Assembly: GCF_001194135.2 (NCBI RefSeq)
Contig: NC_068989.1
Coordinates: 8,342,797 to 8,406,796 of the forward strand
DNA: 64,000 bases
Direction: 5' to 3'
Source of the DNA: Octopus bimaculoides
Taxonomy: Eukaryota
Within the stretch, counting starts at the first letter, position 1; each line of letters begins with the position of its first letter. Shown in pieces: positions 1 to 12,539 of this stretch. The notes under the pieces are model-generated. The model was not told the origin of the DNA, did not search any database, and worked only from the letters and a program-made list of their open reading frames with translations. Made by a program: the position numbers and the translations under genes.

Positions 1-130
1 ACATAATTATCGACTACCATCCATCTATCCATCCATCCATCCATCCATCTATGCACCCGTCAATGTCTTTGTGTGTGAGTGTGTGCGTGCGTGTGAGTGT
101 GCGTGTATATATATATATATATATATACAT

Positions 131-187
<57 letters not shown>

Positions 188-323
188 TACATATATATAT
201 ATATATATGTACACACACACATGTACGCACACACATATATATACACACATATATGTATAGATATATACATATAAATATATATATGGATATATATATGTAC
301 ATATGTAGTACATGTATATATAC

Positions 324-354
<31 letters not shown>

Positions 355-836
355 CACATACACATTTACAAACATATACATGAACGCACACACACTTATG
401 AAAACACACACACTCACATACACGCACACAAACACACACATACACACACACACACACAAACACACATGTATATATGCATATAGAAGAACACTTAGCTATG
501 CATGTAAACAATACACCGTTACACGTAGATATATTCATATGTCCATTCGTCCATTCATCCGGCCGATGGCCTGTCTATGTATAAAACCTATATACACACA
601 TAAAAATGTATAGCTGATATCCTGGTATTTCAGTCTGATCAGGATAGGAGAAATGTGCAGAAAATATATGAGAGAATAGCTAGTGTTAATGCGGTCTGTC
701 AGCACATACGCATGCAAAGATTTAGCAGCATACATACATACATACATACATACATACATGTATTTAGATCCATATATACACACATATATATGTATATAGA
801 TACAGACATTCATACATACACACACATAAATATATG

Positions 837-888
<52 letters not shown>

Positions 889-1052
889 AATCCATGTATA
901 TATATATATATACATATATATGTATACATGTATGTATATATATATGTATATATATGTGTATATATACGCACATATATGTACACATATATACATATATATA
1001 TAAGATATATGTATATATACATGTATGTATCTACATATGTATGTATATATAC

Positions 1053-1095
<43 letters not shown>

Positions 1096-1145
1096 TACAT
1101 ATGTAAGTATATATTCGTGTATATATATGTATATATATATTCACG

Positions 1146-1204
<59 letters not shown>

Positions 1205-1290
1205 ACATACACATTAAGGCACACACATATATATATAAGAAAATATATGTACATGAATGTATATACACATATACATACCTGCATAGTGTA
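1..1290. repeat. Compound (CCAT)n/(TA)n/(CA)n/(TG)n microsatellite field
   Basis: Directly visible dinucleotide and tetranucleotide runs; they explain the YI/HT/VC-rich ORFs. Confidence 0.97.
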
Positions 1291-1573
1291 TGAATGAACC
1301 AGTCTATATTCGTACAATGAATTTTATTTTTGTTACTACATATTACTATTATATACAACCCAATCAGTCTGCAACCAGACAGGTCAGTATACTATGAGCG
1401 CCATTCAGGCTTAAATAATTTAACAAAGCATCCATAACTGCGACATATTTCCGGCAACATGATTGATTTATGAACATAGTGGAAAGCATACAATATGTGT
1501 GTGCGTGTTGTATATTGTGTGTGTGTACGCGCGTGTATATATGAGTACAGATATATGCATATCCAAAGATGTG

Positions 1574-1614
<41 letters not shown>

Positions 1615-1624
1615 NNNNNNNNNN

Positions 1625-1665
<41 letters not shown>

Positions 1666-3068
1666 GAAAACGGGGACTCGGTAAGTCTTGGCGAACACTT
1701 AGCACACACGAATAGTATATTGTACAGGTAAGGTAATCAGAAAAAACTTATTCAGTTAATCCAAGTAACATTCCATTCAACTGAATATTCCGAAAAATAT
1801 ACCGCTTATGTGGTTTATACAGTCATCGTATAGCATTAAATTAACCAATAGAATAATGAAGAAGGCGGTATTTCACTTTTTAGTCATCAGTAGTGTTTTT
1901 TACATGAATTCTCTGATGGGCTGTTAATATGAATTATATAAATCCATACAAGTTTATATTAACATTTCACTAGTCATTTCTTCAAACTAATTTATGTGTG
2001 GTAATACTAAATTTGATACTGCCCTTTATATCAGATATCAGGTTATTTAATGTAATTAGGAAGGTTAAGTTATGAATTAGAAACATCGGGTTGTTACGTT
2101 ATCAGAAAATCAGTGAAGGAGGGAGACTATAGATAGATTTTCTTAGTAGTTCCCCAGACTAAGTCTAGTGTAACTGCTCAGGTCTACAACATAATGGCAG
2201 ATGAAGAACCGACTCTTTTATTGTACTCATGGTATTGAAGCAGAGATAAGTTAGGAATGGAAGCGGAAATGTTCGAAGAAACTGAAGTTTACTTCTACTC
2301 TTAGAATAATGCCTTAAATCGAGAGTTACAAGGCGTAAAGGAAACACGGCAAGATTAAAATGTTTCTAAACTATAAGGGAAAGAACTGCGTGCTAAAGTA
2401 AATGCAAAGGATATTGTTCATAATTATGAACAGAGAGGCTTTTGATCACTTACCAACAGACTAAATAATTCGATTAGTTATGTAGCGAATTATTAATGCA
2501 GGGAGTTTCGAGAATATAATGGACGTTACATAAATTTATCATTGATGATGTGAAAATTAGCAAGAAGAATAACGACGTTATCCATAACAACAATTAGTTC
2601 AATTAATTTGGTTAATCGTAGTTTTTAAGAATGTTTTATTAAATCGATGGGAACACCTGAGCAATAATTCATCATATCGGTTTATTAAATTAGATTCATA
2701 TTTAAATATCCCCTGTGACATAGAATATAGTCGAAACTATCCCACCACCTTTATATTGACGTGCAGGGCGTATAATTAACTACAGTATGGAATAATGAAT
2801 TATCTCCATTTGACGTCCCCAATTAATTTAGCTAATAAGGTGCTAAGTGCTTTTTCATGTTTAATGGAGTTTACTTTATTCGATGTCATAACTGAGCATT
2901 TATACATTAAATGAGTTCTAAGACAGTGGTTAGTGAATGGGCATTAGGCAGGATCCTTACAGTGACACACCTTACATGAAAGATATTTTCTGGAGAATCA
3001 TTGTTGAGTTTTTTGCGTGATTGTATGAGTCTGACTGCCAAAGCCTAATATCAAACTTCATTTTTACC

Positions 3069-3100
3069 TTACATTACACGTTTAGCTCTATTGTTCTTCC
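3069..3100 (-). CDS. Candidate terminal coding exon (phase 1 reading xKNNRAKRVM*)
   Basis: Strong minus-strand acceptor cttcttatacccttctcctgtttcAG at 3101-3102. Short open reading to TAA at 3071-3069. No homology recognised. Confidence 0.2.
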
Positions 3101-3424
3101 CTGAAACAGGAGAAGGGTATAAGAAGCGACAACACGTGTGTGTTAATTACGATTCGTGTTGGAAAATATTTTGAACTTGACTGTTAATGAGCACGTCTTC
3201 TAATTTTCTTAGTTTTTTTTTCCTTACTCCGATGAAAGACAACAGTTAAAATCACAAGATATTCTTAGACTTCTTTTCTTATAGCGAGCAAAGTTTATAC
3301 CGATTTTGGATCTTCAGCTTTTTGTTTGTGTTGTTTCCAATATAACTCCTTGATTTTTACAGCAAGGAGCTGGATATTAGACATTGTCTCTTTGATTACA
3401 ATTAATCGTTATTCAGAATACGTG

Positions 3425-3427
<3 letters not shown>

Positions 3428-3476
<49 letters not shown>

Positions 3477-3535
3477 ACACACACACACCCACACACACAC
3501 ACCCACGCACACAATCGCACACTCATACACGCACA
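3428..3535. repeat. (CA)n microsatellite
   Basis: Direct inspection. Confidence 0.95.
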
Positions 3536-4059
3536 TAAGTGCGTACAATATATAATAGATAGAGAAGTAGTGAGAAAGATAGAGTTAGGGAGAAAAATAC
3601 ATACATTTATAAATTTGTATGCATACATATCTGCATAAACATGCAAACACACGCGCTAGCACGCACACAGTCAATCCTGCATGTATATTTGGGGTTCGGT
3701 AACTGTGTTCGCAAACTGATATCTCCGAGTGCGTATGCCTTTCGAAGTGACGTAATCAATACGAATGTAGATGACGCCACACGATATAGTTTTTGTGCGC
3801 AAGTTTAACAGAGATAATGATATTTATGTCTCTCCAAATGGTTTTGAAATCATAAATGTATCGACATAATAACTTCTGCATATAACACACGCTTGATGCA
3901 TATGAATCACAGATTCTAAACGTTCTGAATGCTCATTAATACCTGATAAGTTTAATTTCATTAATTAGTTTTGTTTATCTGTTTACTGAAGTAGTTGTTC
4001 CTGCAGCAAACAAAGAAACATTCCTATCGTCACCGTTTCTGACAAAGACAATCAATGAC

Positions 4060-4185
4060 GATTCCACAAGGCTCCGGCAGGGGATGGTGGTGAACCCTGC
4101 TGTACTCTTTCACCACAACTTTCTCTCACTCTTACTTCCTGTTTCTGTTGTGCCTGTAATTCAAAGGGCCAGCCTTGTCACACAG
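4060..4185 (+). mobile_element. SINE family C internal fragment
   Basis: ttgtgcctgtaattcaaagggccagccttgtcacac (4148-4183) is the near-exact reverse complement of 12416-12452. Confidence 0.7.
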
Positions 4186-4904
4186 AGGTGCATACACACA
4201 CGCTTACACACAGACACACATATACACACACATGAATGTTTGTTTATTTACAAATAAGAGATAGATACTGATGTCAAAATAGATGTTTTTGTGTTACGAT
4301 GGGGCAGAATGTAAAATACAAGACTTTTTATTCTTGCTGTCATATTAGAAAAGTTTAAAGACGCGGCATTATATGTGCTGTCTAACTTATTTACAAACAT
4401 ACACGTATATATACACAGCCACGCACACGTCTCTCAGCAAATTTGTTTGTCTAATTGTCAAACGCTGACGTAATATTATAATACATGATAAATGTTGTCA
4501 TAGTAACACGTCTAATCCTGTCATAGCTTGATGAATTCTATTTTTTAACATCTAGGAAACTAAAAATAATTTTCATATATTAATTTCAATCAGTACGATG
4601 GAAGTTCTACAAATATCCAAAGATTCTTCTCTAAACTTATTGATTTGTCTGTTCAATTTGTATTTAAATGAGTTTAATGAAGTTTTGTTATTCTGTACGG
4701 AAATATTTCTTCTCTTTATTTTTACTGTTGTTTTTTATTCTTATCACAGAATATATCATCATAGTCCACTTCTTATGAAGTTTCTCATTAGTTTCCAACG
4801 TAATTTTCTCACACTGATTTCGTGTCATCGTTATATATTGTCAAACAAAACACTAGGGCTGCTGCGTTTACATACACACACGCATACATACATACATAGA
4901 GAGA

Positions 4905-5045
4905 TAACCAGATAGATAGATAAATAGATAAATAGATACATTTATAGATAGAAAGATAGATAGATACATAGATACATAGATAGACAACCAGACAGACAAA
5001 CAGATAGATTGACAGACAAATAGATAGATAGATAGATAGATAGAC

Positions 5046-5112
<67 letters not shown>

Positions 5113-5132
5113 CATATGGACAGGCAGATAGA
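4905..5132. repeat. (GATA)n microsatellite, left flank of mariner-1
   Basis: Direct inspection. Confidence 0.95.
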
Positions 5133-5134
5133 TA

Positions 5135-6401
5135 TTAGCTTATCCAGAATGTCCTTAGAGTTTATTAATATGCAAAACGGGATATAAATAATTGACCTTT
5201 CGATAAATTGTTTTAAAAGAAATAATTTCCATTATTATTAATGACTTTTGCCCATCTATCAGGCAATTTAAATATTCCATCAGCATAAAATTTGACTTGT
5301 TTTGAAGACGAAAAAAAACAACGTTATCTAGATGCATCTAAATCGTTAAATATTTTTCCTTCCAATGAATTCAGTAAGAACACAGACAAGTGGTAGTCGG
5401 ATGATGCAATATCAGGAAGTTATGGTGGATGGGGTAAGAGATCCCAACCAAGATCATGTAACTTCATTCGGGTAGCCAAAGTACATGTGTTTGGGCATTG
5501 TCTTGTTCGATCACTACTCCTTACCTGTTGGCAATCTCTGGCCTCAATTGTTTGAATTTTTGGTTCAAATTAGCCAGATGACAGAACACATTAGAATTAA
5601 TAGTCTGGTTTCGTGAGAGAAGCTCATAATAAATAATGCCTTTATGTTCCCACCAAAAACAAAGTATAGCTTTTGGGACATGGATATTCGTCTTTGGCTG
5701 CTGTTTTAAGGGATCCTTACGCAAAATCCAGGATTCATTTCGCACTACGTTTTCATACATCTCCAGTCACAAGTTGTTTAAAAAAAGGCATGTTTTCATT
5801 CCGTTTGGAAAGCATATCATAAACGGAATACCGGTCCAAGGATTTCTTCTCTGAGAGTTCGTGAAGATCTCATACATTAATTTTAAAAAATGTATCCTAG
5901 CTTCACTAAGTGTTCATGAGCCGTACTTTTAGAAACTTCCAACTCCTCTGCAAGTTGTCTAGTCGTTATATTCGAGTTTACGTCGATTTTTGCCTTCAAA
6001 ACATTCTTCATGAAATTTTAAAGATCTTCCACGGCGGCTGTCATCTTCTACGTTAAACTCTCCAGTTTTAACTTTAGCAAACCACCTTAGAACAGTTGAT
6101 TCACCTACAGCATCATCACCATAAACTTCACAAATATTTTTGCAAGTCTTTGCAGCATTTTTTCCTGTTTTTCAAAAAAGAAAAGCATTACAACGCGAAT
6201 ATGAAATTTTTGGTAATCCATTTCAAATGTCAATAAAAGCTAACCAGAAGGAAAGATAAATCTGTTTTTAGTCAGGAGCAAAGAAGAGATGCACTACCAC
6301 TTCAATCAACGCCTAAGTTTTAACTGTTGCGTTTCAGGTGTGTTCAATGAAGCATTAAAAGATTTATCTTAAAAACGCTCAGAACTTGCCGGACAACTGA
6401 A
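5135..6401 (-). mobile_element. Decayed near-full-length mariner (Tc1/mariner) transposon, mariner-1
   Basis: Minus-strand translation gives an N-terminal HTH region (MDYQKFHIRVVML..NAAKTCKNICEVYGDDAVGESTVLRWFAK), KAILCFWWEHKGIIYYELL..NQTINS, and QDNAQTH..LGWDLLPHPP*LPDIASSDYHL, with stops and frameshifts. Degenerate TIRs ttagcttatccagaatgtcct (5135) and agaacttgccggacaactgaa (6381-6401); about 1.27 kb. Confidence 0.9.
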
Positions 6402-6428
6402 CAGATAGATAAATAGATAGACAGATAG

Positions 6429-6504
<76 letters not shown>
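6402..6504. repeat. (GATA)n microsatellite, right flank of mariner-1
   Basis: Direct inspection. Confidence 0.95.
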
Positions 6505-6960
6505 TTCAATTTATTTCCGTGCCCGCGCAAGTTTTTGTGTGCGTATATAGTGAGATTATTTCCAAATAATGAATCTAACTGCAGTCGCTGCAATATCGAT
6601 TGATTCTCCTTTTAACATTGGTTTCAAAAGTGTGGAAGTCAACGGGTAGCTTGAACTGAACTTTGATTCAAGACATAAACAAACATAAATAGTGATTTAC
6701 GCGCCACCCGAGGTTAGATGACTTAATGGTGTTGATTGTCAGTTTAAACGCCTCTTCTTTGTCTACTCTAACAAAATAGATCCACCAAAGACAGAAGCAG
6801 TGATTTGGCGTTGTGACATTTTGCGATTTCTGGAGCTATGACATTTTGCTGCGCCAACTCAATAACTGTTGTACATACTACATAGCACACTTTCAAACAG
6901 AACATGCTGCAGACACATACGATTGGTAAATCCTACAGATGTCGAGTTTCGGAAGCAAAA

Positions 6961-6961
<1 letters not shown>

Positions 6962-7016
<55 letters not shown>
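6962..7016. repeat. (AGT)n microsatellite
   Basis: Direct inspection. Confidence 0.95.
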
Positions 7017-7088
7017 ACTGAGCACCATGTGTATATGCTTATACTGTATACATGTCTGTATATATGTATTTATGTATGTGTTTATGTA

Positions 7089-7218
7089 TGCATTATTTAC
7101 ATTTGTCCTCATCTTGTTTGTTGTTAACACAACGTTTCGGCTGTTATACCTTCCAGCCTTCATCAGGTGTCTTGGGGAAATTTCGAACCTGGGTTCTCAT
7201 TCCCAATGTATTTTTCGA

Positions 7219-7220
<2 letters not shown>
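7089..7220 (-). mobile_element. 3' body of a hammerhead-bearing small retroelement (second copy at 59641-59800, fragment at 14370-14418)
   Basis: Alignable over about 130 nt to 59641-59800; contains the HHR motif; borders (TTA)n at 7221-7273. Confidence 0.85.
7126..7171 (-). ncRNA. Minimal type I hammerhead ribozyme (Penelope-like-element type)
   Basis: Minus strand GACAC-CTGATGA-A-GGCTG-GAAGGTATAA-CAGCC-GAAAC-GTT-GTGTT. Complete CUGANGA and GAAA cores, 5-bp stem II, 5-bp stem I (one G-U), loopless palindromic ACGU stem III, GUU triplet. Confidence 0.8.

Positions 7221-7273
<53 letters not shown>
7221..7273. repeat. (TTA)n/(TAA)n tract
   Basis: Direct inspection; runs into a gap. Confidence 0.95.
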
Positions 7274-7494
7274 NNNNNNNNNNNNNNNNNNNNNNNNNNN
7301 NNNNNNNNNNNNNNNNNNNNNNNNNNNNNNNNNNNNNNNNNNNNNNNNNNNNNNNNNNNNNNNNNNNNNNNNNNNNNNNNNNNNNNNNNNNNNNNNNNNN
7401 NNNNNNNNNNNNNNNNNNNNNNNNNNNNNNNNNNNNNNNNNNNNNNNNNNNNNNNNNNNNNNNNNNNNNNNNNNNNNNNNNNNNNNNNNNNNNN

Positions 7495-7756
7495 TGCAGT
7501 GCCCAGTAGTGCAATTTTCTGTATGTTATATATATTTGTAAGTCCTGGTGTTTTTGTTATGTATTTGTCTGAATATTTTTTTATTATACCTAAGGCACCT
7601 ACTATGATAGGAATTGTTTCTGTTTTTAGATTCCACATTCGAGTTATCTCTATTTCCAGGTCTTTGTATTTTGAAAGTTTTTCTATTTCTTTTAGAGAAA
7701 CGTTGTCATCTGCTGGTATTGATACATCAATTAGAAAGCATTTTTTTTCTTCTTCA
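7495..7756 (-). mobile_element. R4/Dong-like non-LTR retrotransposon, C-terminal restriction-like endonuclease fragment
   Basis: Open frame KKCFLIDVSIPADDNVSLKEIEKLSKYKDLEIEITRMWNLKTETIPIIVGALG...IQKIALLGTA matches the PD-(D/E)xK RLE C-terminus of R4-clade elements. Confidence 0.88.
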
Positions 7757-7931
7757 GTACTGGACAACTCATCTGCTAGAGATGGCAATAGAACACTTTT
7801 TTCAAGCGAATACACAGTCGCTGATTTTGCAACAAGCAGAAATTCTAGGTATAAAATCTCTCTAAGAGATCAACGCAGTAGTTGTACTAACAAGTAATAT
7901 TCGTAGCCATTTTAACATGAGAGTCCATTCG

Positions 7932-8029
7932 AACTTATTTAATCGGTTCCTATTGCCGAACCACTAATTTACGGGGACGTGAACACACCAGCATCGATAG
8001 TCAAGCGATGATGGGGGTACAAACACATG

Positions 8030-8086
<57 letters not shown>

Positions 8087-8122
8087 GTATATATACGACG
8101 GGCTCATTTCAGNNNNNNNNNN

Positions 8123-8177
<55 letters not shown>

Positions 8178-8346
8178 GTATATATACGACGGGCTCATTT
8201 CAGTTCCCGTCTACCAAATCCACCCTTAAGGCTTTGGTCAGCCAGAGGCTATAGTAGAAGGCTTGCCCAAGGTGCCACGTGTGGGACTGAACCCAGAACT
8301 ATGTGGTTTGCAAGCAAGTTACTTACCACAAACCCACTTCTGTGCC
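7932..8346 (-). mobile_element. SINE family B (tRNA head, CORE-like block, internal TA/CA microsatellite)
   Basis: Reverse complement of ggttcagtcccac..tggcaccttgggcaag..ctactatagcctc..ggtagacgggaactgaaa plus 3' part gtccccgtaa..gttcggcaa. Homologous to 47531-47700 and 59332-59638. Sequence is duplicated around the 10-N gap at 8113. Confidence 0.9.
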
Positions 8347-9639
8347 ATACGTACAAATTTCATATACACTATTTCTATAATATTATGGTGGAATTTCAGA
8401 ACTATTTATTGATGTAACTTGCAAAACTACACATTTCAAATACACGTTGTGTAAGATGGTTTTGAAATCCGGCTATGACTGTACGGAGACATTGCATATA
8501 TTTATATATCCAAAATATGTGTGTGTGTGTGTGCTTCTGTGTTTGTGTGTATATACATACATGAATACCTATATGTGTATGTCTGTGTGAATGCATGCGT
8601 GTGCGTGTGTGTGTGTTTGTGTGAAAAACATGCTGCTTTTCGACGAACGAAAGAAAAATGTACTCTATGAATGTTGATTATATTTTTACCCGGATTTCTT
8701 TCTCTTACCATCTCTTACGGATTTCTTTCTCTTCCAAGTCAAAGCGATCGCTGGATGACATTTTCTATTCAAGTGTTTTTGTTTTCTCATACGAATCTCG
8801 GTGTTACTCATACATTTGTCTGTTTTTCTCATATCTGCTGGTTGATCTCTGGTGTTTCTTTTCGTTCTGATGTTATTAATACTAGTATGTAATTTTCTGT
8901 TTATTTGGTTAGTTCCTAAAGCTTTGTTTCTCATCTTATTTTATTTGACCCTTAAAACATTACCAAGATATGTATTTTGCTTTTATTGACTATCTTAATA
9001 TTTGCGACGTTCTAGTAATTGCTTATGACGTTCTTGTCTTACGTCTCTGCTGCTTTTGTGTTTATAAACGTTTTTGGTTAAGATCAGCCAGTATAAACAT
9101 ATCGTTTAAACAAAAGAACAAACCAACTACGAGATAGGTGAAACAACAGAAATACTGATAAATAGCTTCTGCCTCAGAATCCGTCTGCCTCTGTACATAG
9201 AAACTAGATAATGCCAGATGAGCAAGGTAGAAAAGTAACTAAAGACTAGCCATCAATTTTTTCCAGTTATTTGCTAGAGTAACTATATTCTCGTCTATTT
9301 TACAGCTAATTTCTAGAATATGACATTTTATATACAACTATAATATTTGAACTGATACAGACAGTGCAATTTATGTATATATGTAATCACTGTGTTGCAT
9401 AATTAATCATAATTTATATAATAACACCAAATTAAAAAATGAGACAGTTTTACGGCTATATATTTAAGTATAATTTCAAGTCGCAGAAAACAAGAATATA
9501 AACTGAAATAAAAGCAAACAACCAATAACGATCAATAATATCTTCTATCTACATAGCAAATGGAAATATTTCTACTGCGGGAAACAGCAGTCGTTCAATA
9601 TATCTAGATGGATTTGGGATCAATACATACCAGTAGGTT

Positions 9640-10100
9640 CTCTGTTTGCTTCCGGTGGCGTCGAAAAGCAAGGTTACTCATTCGGAACGTTGTGGTAATA
9701 ATTCTTTCAAATTTATCTGGGAGGGAGATAGTCGATTACATCTACCTTGGTGCTCAACTGGTATCTTTTTTTTTTATCAACCTCGAAAGGATGAAACACA
9801 ATGTTGACATCAGCTAGATTTGACCTAAGAGCATAAATGTCAGAAAAATATCTGCTAAGCATACTGTCTGACGTGCTAAAGATTGCACCGGCTCGCTGCC
9901 TTCGAGCATTCTGATAATATTAATTCCAGATTTTGGCACACGGTCACCAATTTCAGAGAAGGGAATAATTCGATTACATCCATCTTAGTCTTCAGGCAAA
10001 GACGACCTCGGCGGAATTTGAGCTTAGAACTTTAAGATGGACAAAATTTCGCTGAGTACTTTACCTGGGGTGCTAACGATTCTGGTAACTCACTTCCCTT
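9640..10100 (-). mobile_element. Two degenerate SINE family A copies
   Basis: Contain gtcgattacatc..aactggta..atcaacctcgaaaggatgaaa and gacctcggcggaatttgag..gctaacgattctg, matching the 15884-16110 and 42040-42257 copies. Confidence 0.7.
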
Positions 10101-10429
10101 CTGTATTGGGATAACATTGCTATGGGATCTTCAGCTAAGCGACAACCAATTTGATCATTGAAACTTGTGAAATATCGAGTAAAGAGAGACTATGAATGTG
10201 TCGTTCATTAAAACATTGAGCGAAGCTGGTATCACAATATTGTTGTTCGCAAAATAAAACTGTGGCTTATTTACCGAGAGACATAATGTTTACTGTGTTT
10301 GTGTGGTGGTTCTCGTAACGGGTAGAATTTGTATTAGTGATATGCAAAAAAAAAAGACAAAAAAAACGCTAATTTCCCTGAAAATTAGAACCATCAAATC
10401 ATAGGTCTCATTGGTTCAGTGACCAGGTT

Positions 10430-10638
10430 CTACGGCGTATAAGCGAACGAGATCACATTCCCTTGAACGGGGAAAAGCACGATATGCAAAGTTGATCATT
10501 TAGAATAGAGTGGACTGGAGCCACGTAAAATGAAGTGTTTTGCTCAAGAACATAATGTATCAGCCGCTCCGGCAATGGCAATCACAACTACAAGATCGTG
10601 AGCGCAACACATAAACCGCGAGGCCATGCAACTTCACA
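10430..10638 (-). mobile_element. SINE family C, degenerate 5' part
   Basis: Reverse complement of gtgaag..catggc..ctcacgatc..gttcttgagcaaaacacttcatttt..ctccagtccactc; homologous to 34666-34775 and 41420-41560. Confidence 0.65.
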
Positions 10639-11356
10639 TTAGTGATATAGTGGGTGTTTAGACAATGTTTTATAGTCTGCGAGTATAACCGTAGGGATGC
10701 GGTGGCTGCAGTAATAGTGTGATACGGTTATAATGGTATGGGTATTGTCGTCAAATGAGGTGGCGATGGAGATACGCAAAGCGACCATATATGAATTTTG
10801 TTAGATACAGATGTTGGTCAATAATATGGCGAAGAGAAGGAACGAAATGGCGGTATGATGGTTTTAGTGAGCTGAAATGAATTTTCCCTCTTTTTTTCCT
10901 TCCTCAGAACAATATTAATAATTAAGTAGCAACTCTATTCACAAATTTATAGTATTTACACAAACACACACATATACATAATACACACACAATTAAAGCA
11001 ACAATAATGACAAAAACAATAATCTACAAATGATCGCAAAAACCTGAAGTGTTATTAACAATGTATTTATTAATATCAGGTGTTTGGCTATTAATCACTT
11101 ATTAAGTAAGAAGGAAACAACATATATTTTGCGATATAGTTATCTCGAGAATTTATATACCTTCTAGATATCGCGTTATATTGCGTACGGCGAATCTTTA
11201 CTCATTTTGTCATTGCAAAGTTGATGACATTGTTCAAGCCATTATTTTTCTTATTCATGTTCGTCGTATTCGCCACTGGATTGATTGTAGTCTTACTTAA
11301 AATACATATTACCACTGCAAGCTGACGTATTCATTTTTATGAAGAAAACGAATAAT

Positions 11357-11367
11357 ATGTATGTATG

Positions 11368-11454
<87 letters not shown>

Positions 11455-11680
11455 CCATACATACACACACATATATGAATATATACGTATGTATATGTAT
11501 GTATATGTATGTATGTATGTATATGTATGTATGTATATATACGTATGTATATGTATGTATGTATATATACGTATGTGTATGTATGAATGTATATGTATTT
11601 ATGTATATGTATGTATGCGAGTATGTATGTATGTGTATATATATAAATATATATTTATATGTATATATATGTATATATAT
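11357..11680. repeat. (TA)n/(TATG)n microsatellite field
   Basis: Direct inspection. Confidence 0.95.
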
Positions 11681-11930
11681 ACATTTCTTATTTATTGATC
11701 TAAAGCTGAATCCTAATTGTGATGGCAGCTGCAATAAAATATTAATAATCGATTTCTCATCCCTTTTATCTTTCTGTGTTTCGATTATATTAGAGGGACT
11801 ATAGAAAATTAATAAATAAATAAATAAATCTGTAGAACGACAGAGATAATGAAAGTACAACAAAAACATTCAACAAAATAACCAAGTTACAAACGGTTGC
11901 GGGGTGAGAAAACAAGCAATACTGACTTAC

Positions 11931-11945
11931 CAAGGTACGAAATAT
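11931..11945 (-). CDS. Candidate 15-nt microexon (ATATTTCGTACCTTG)
   Basis: Long polypyrimidine acceptor ttttcccacaatttctctttttccataaAG, length divisible by 3, consensus donor G|GTAAGT. No transcript evidence. Confidence 0.35.
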
Positions 11946-12265
11946 CTTTATGGAAAAAGAGAAATTGTGGGAAAATATGTATTGGGAAATTACGTTCTAA
12001 TAAGAATCGTGCGTGAATGAAATGAAAACTACAGTGGTACTGTAGGAATACGTATGCCATAGAAGACGGTATGCTTAAGTATATGTTCATTTACGTGTCT
12101 GCGTATTTTAATATATAATTCGATGCTTACTTAAGTATGTGTTCGTTTGGTTGTGTGCGTGTTTCTGTATCTACGTATCTATAAAAATGTAGCAATGTTT
12201 ACAAGCATAATTTCCCCTATACATAGCAAAGATACCGAAATACAACACATGCAGAAACAAATGCT

Positions 12266-12452
12266 GTTGTTGGCACTCCGTCGCTTACGACGTCGAGGGT
12301 TCCAGTTGATCCGATCAACGGAACAGCCTGCTCGTGAAATTAACTTGCAAGTGGCCGAGCACTCCACAGACACGTGTACACTTAACGTAGTTCTTGGGGA
12401 GATTCAGCGTGACACAGTGTGACAAGGCTGACCCTTTGAATTACAGGCACAA
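12266..12452 (-). mobile_element. SINE family C 3' part
   Basis: GC-richer conserved block that shares sequence with 4148-4183; typical SINE 3' body ending in ggagtgccaacaac. Confidence 0.75.
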
Positions 12453-12539
12453 ATACACACGCACAAATCAAACGCACGCACACACATGCATGCATACATA
12501 TGTACATATACAACCAGTCTACTTCTGAAAGGTACAAAG

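Noticed and set aside
14-1358. Many ORFs of 70-210 aa rich in YI/HT/VC
   Set aside because: They are translations of dinucleotide microsatellites that lack stop codons.
8030-8210. Apparent tandem duplication inside the SINE
   Set aside because: The duplicated text flanks a 10-N scaffold gap, so it is most likely overlapping contig ends.
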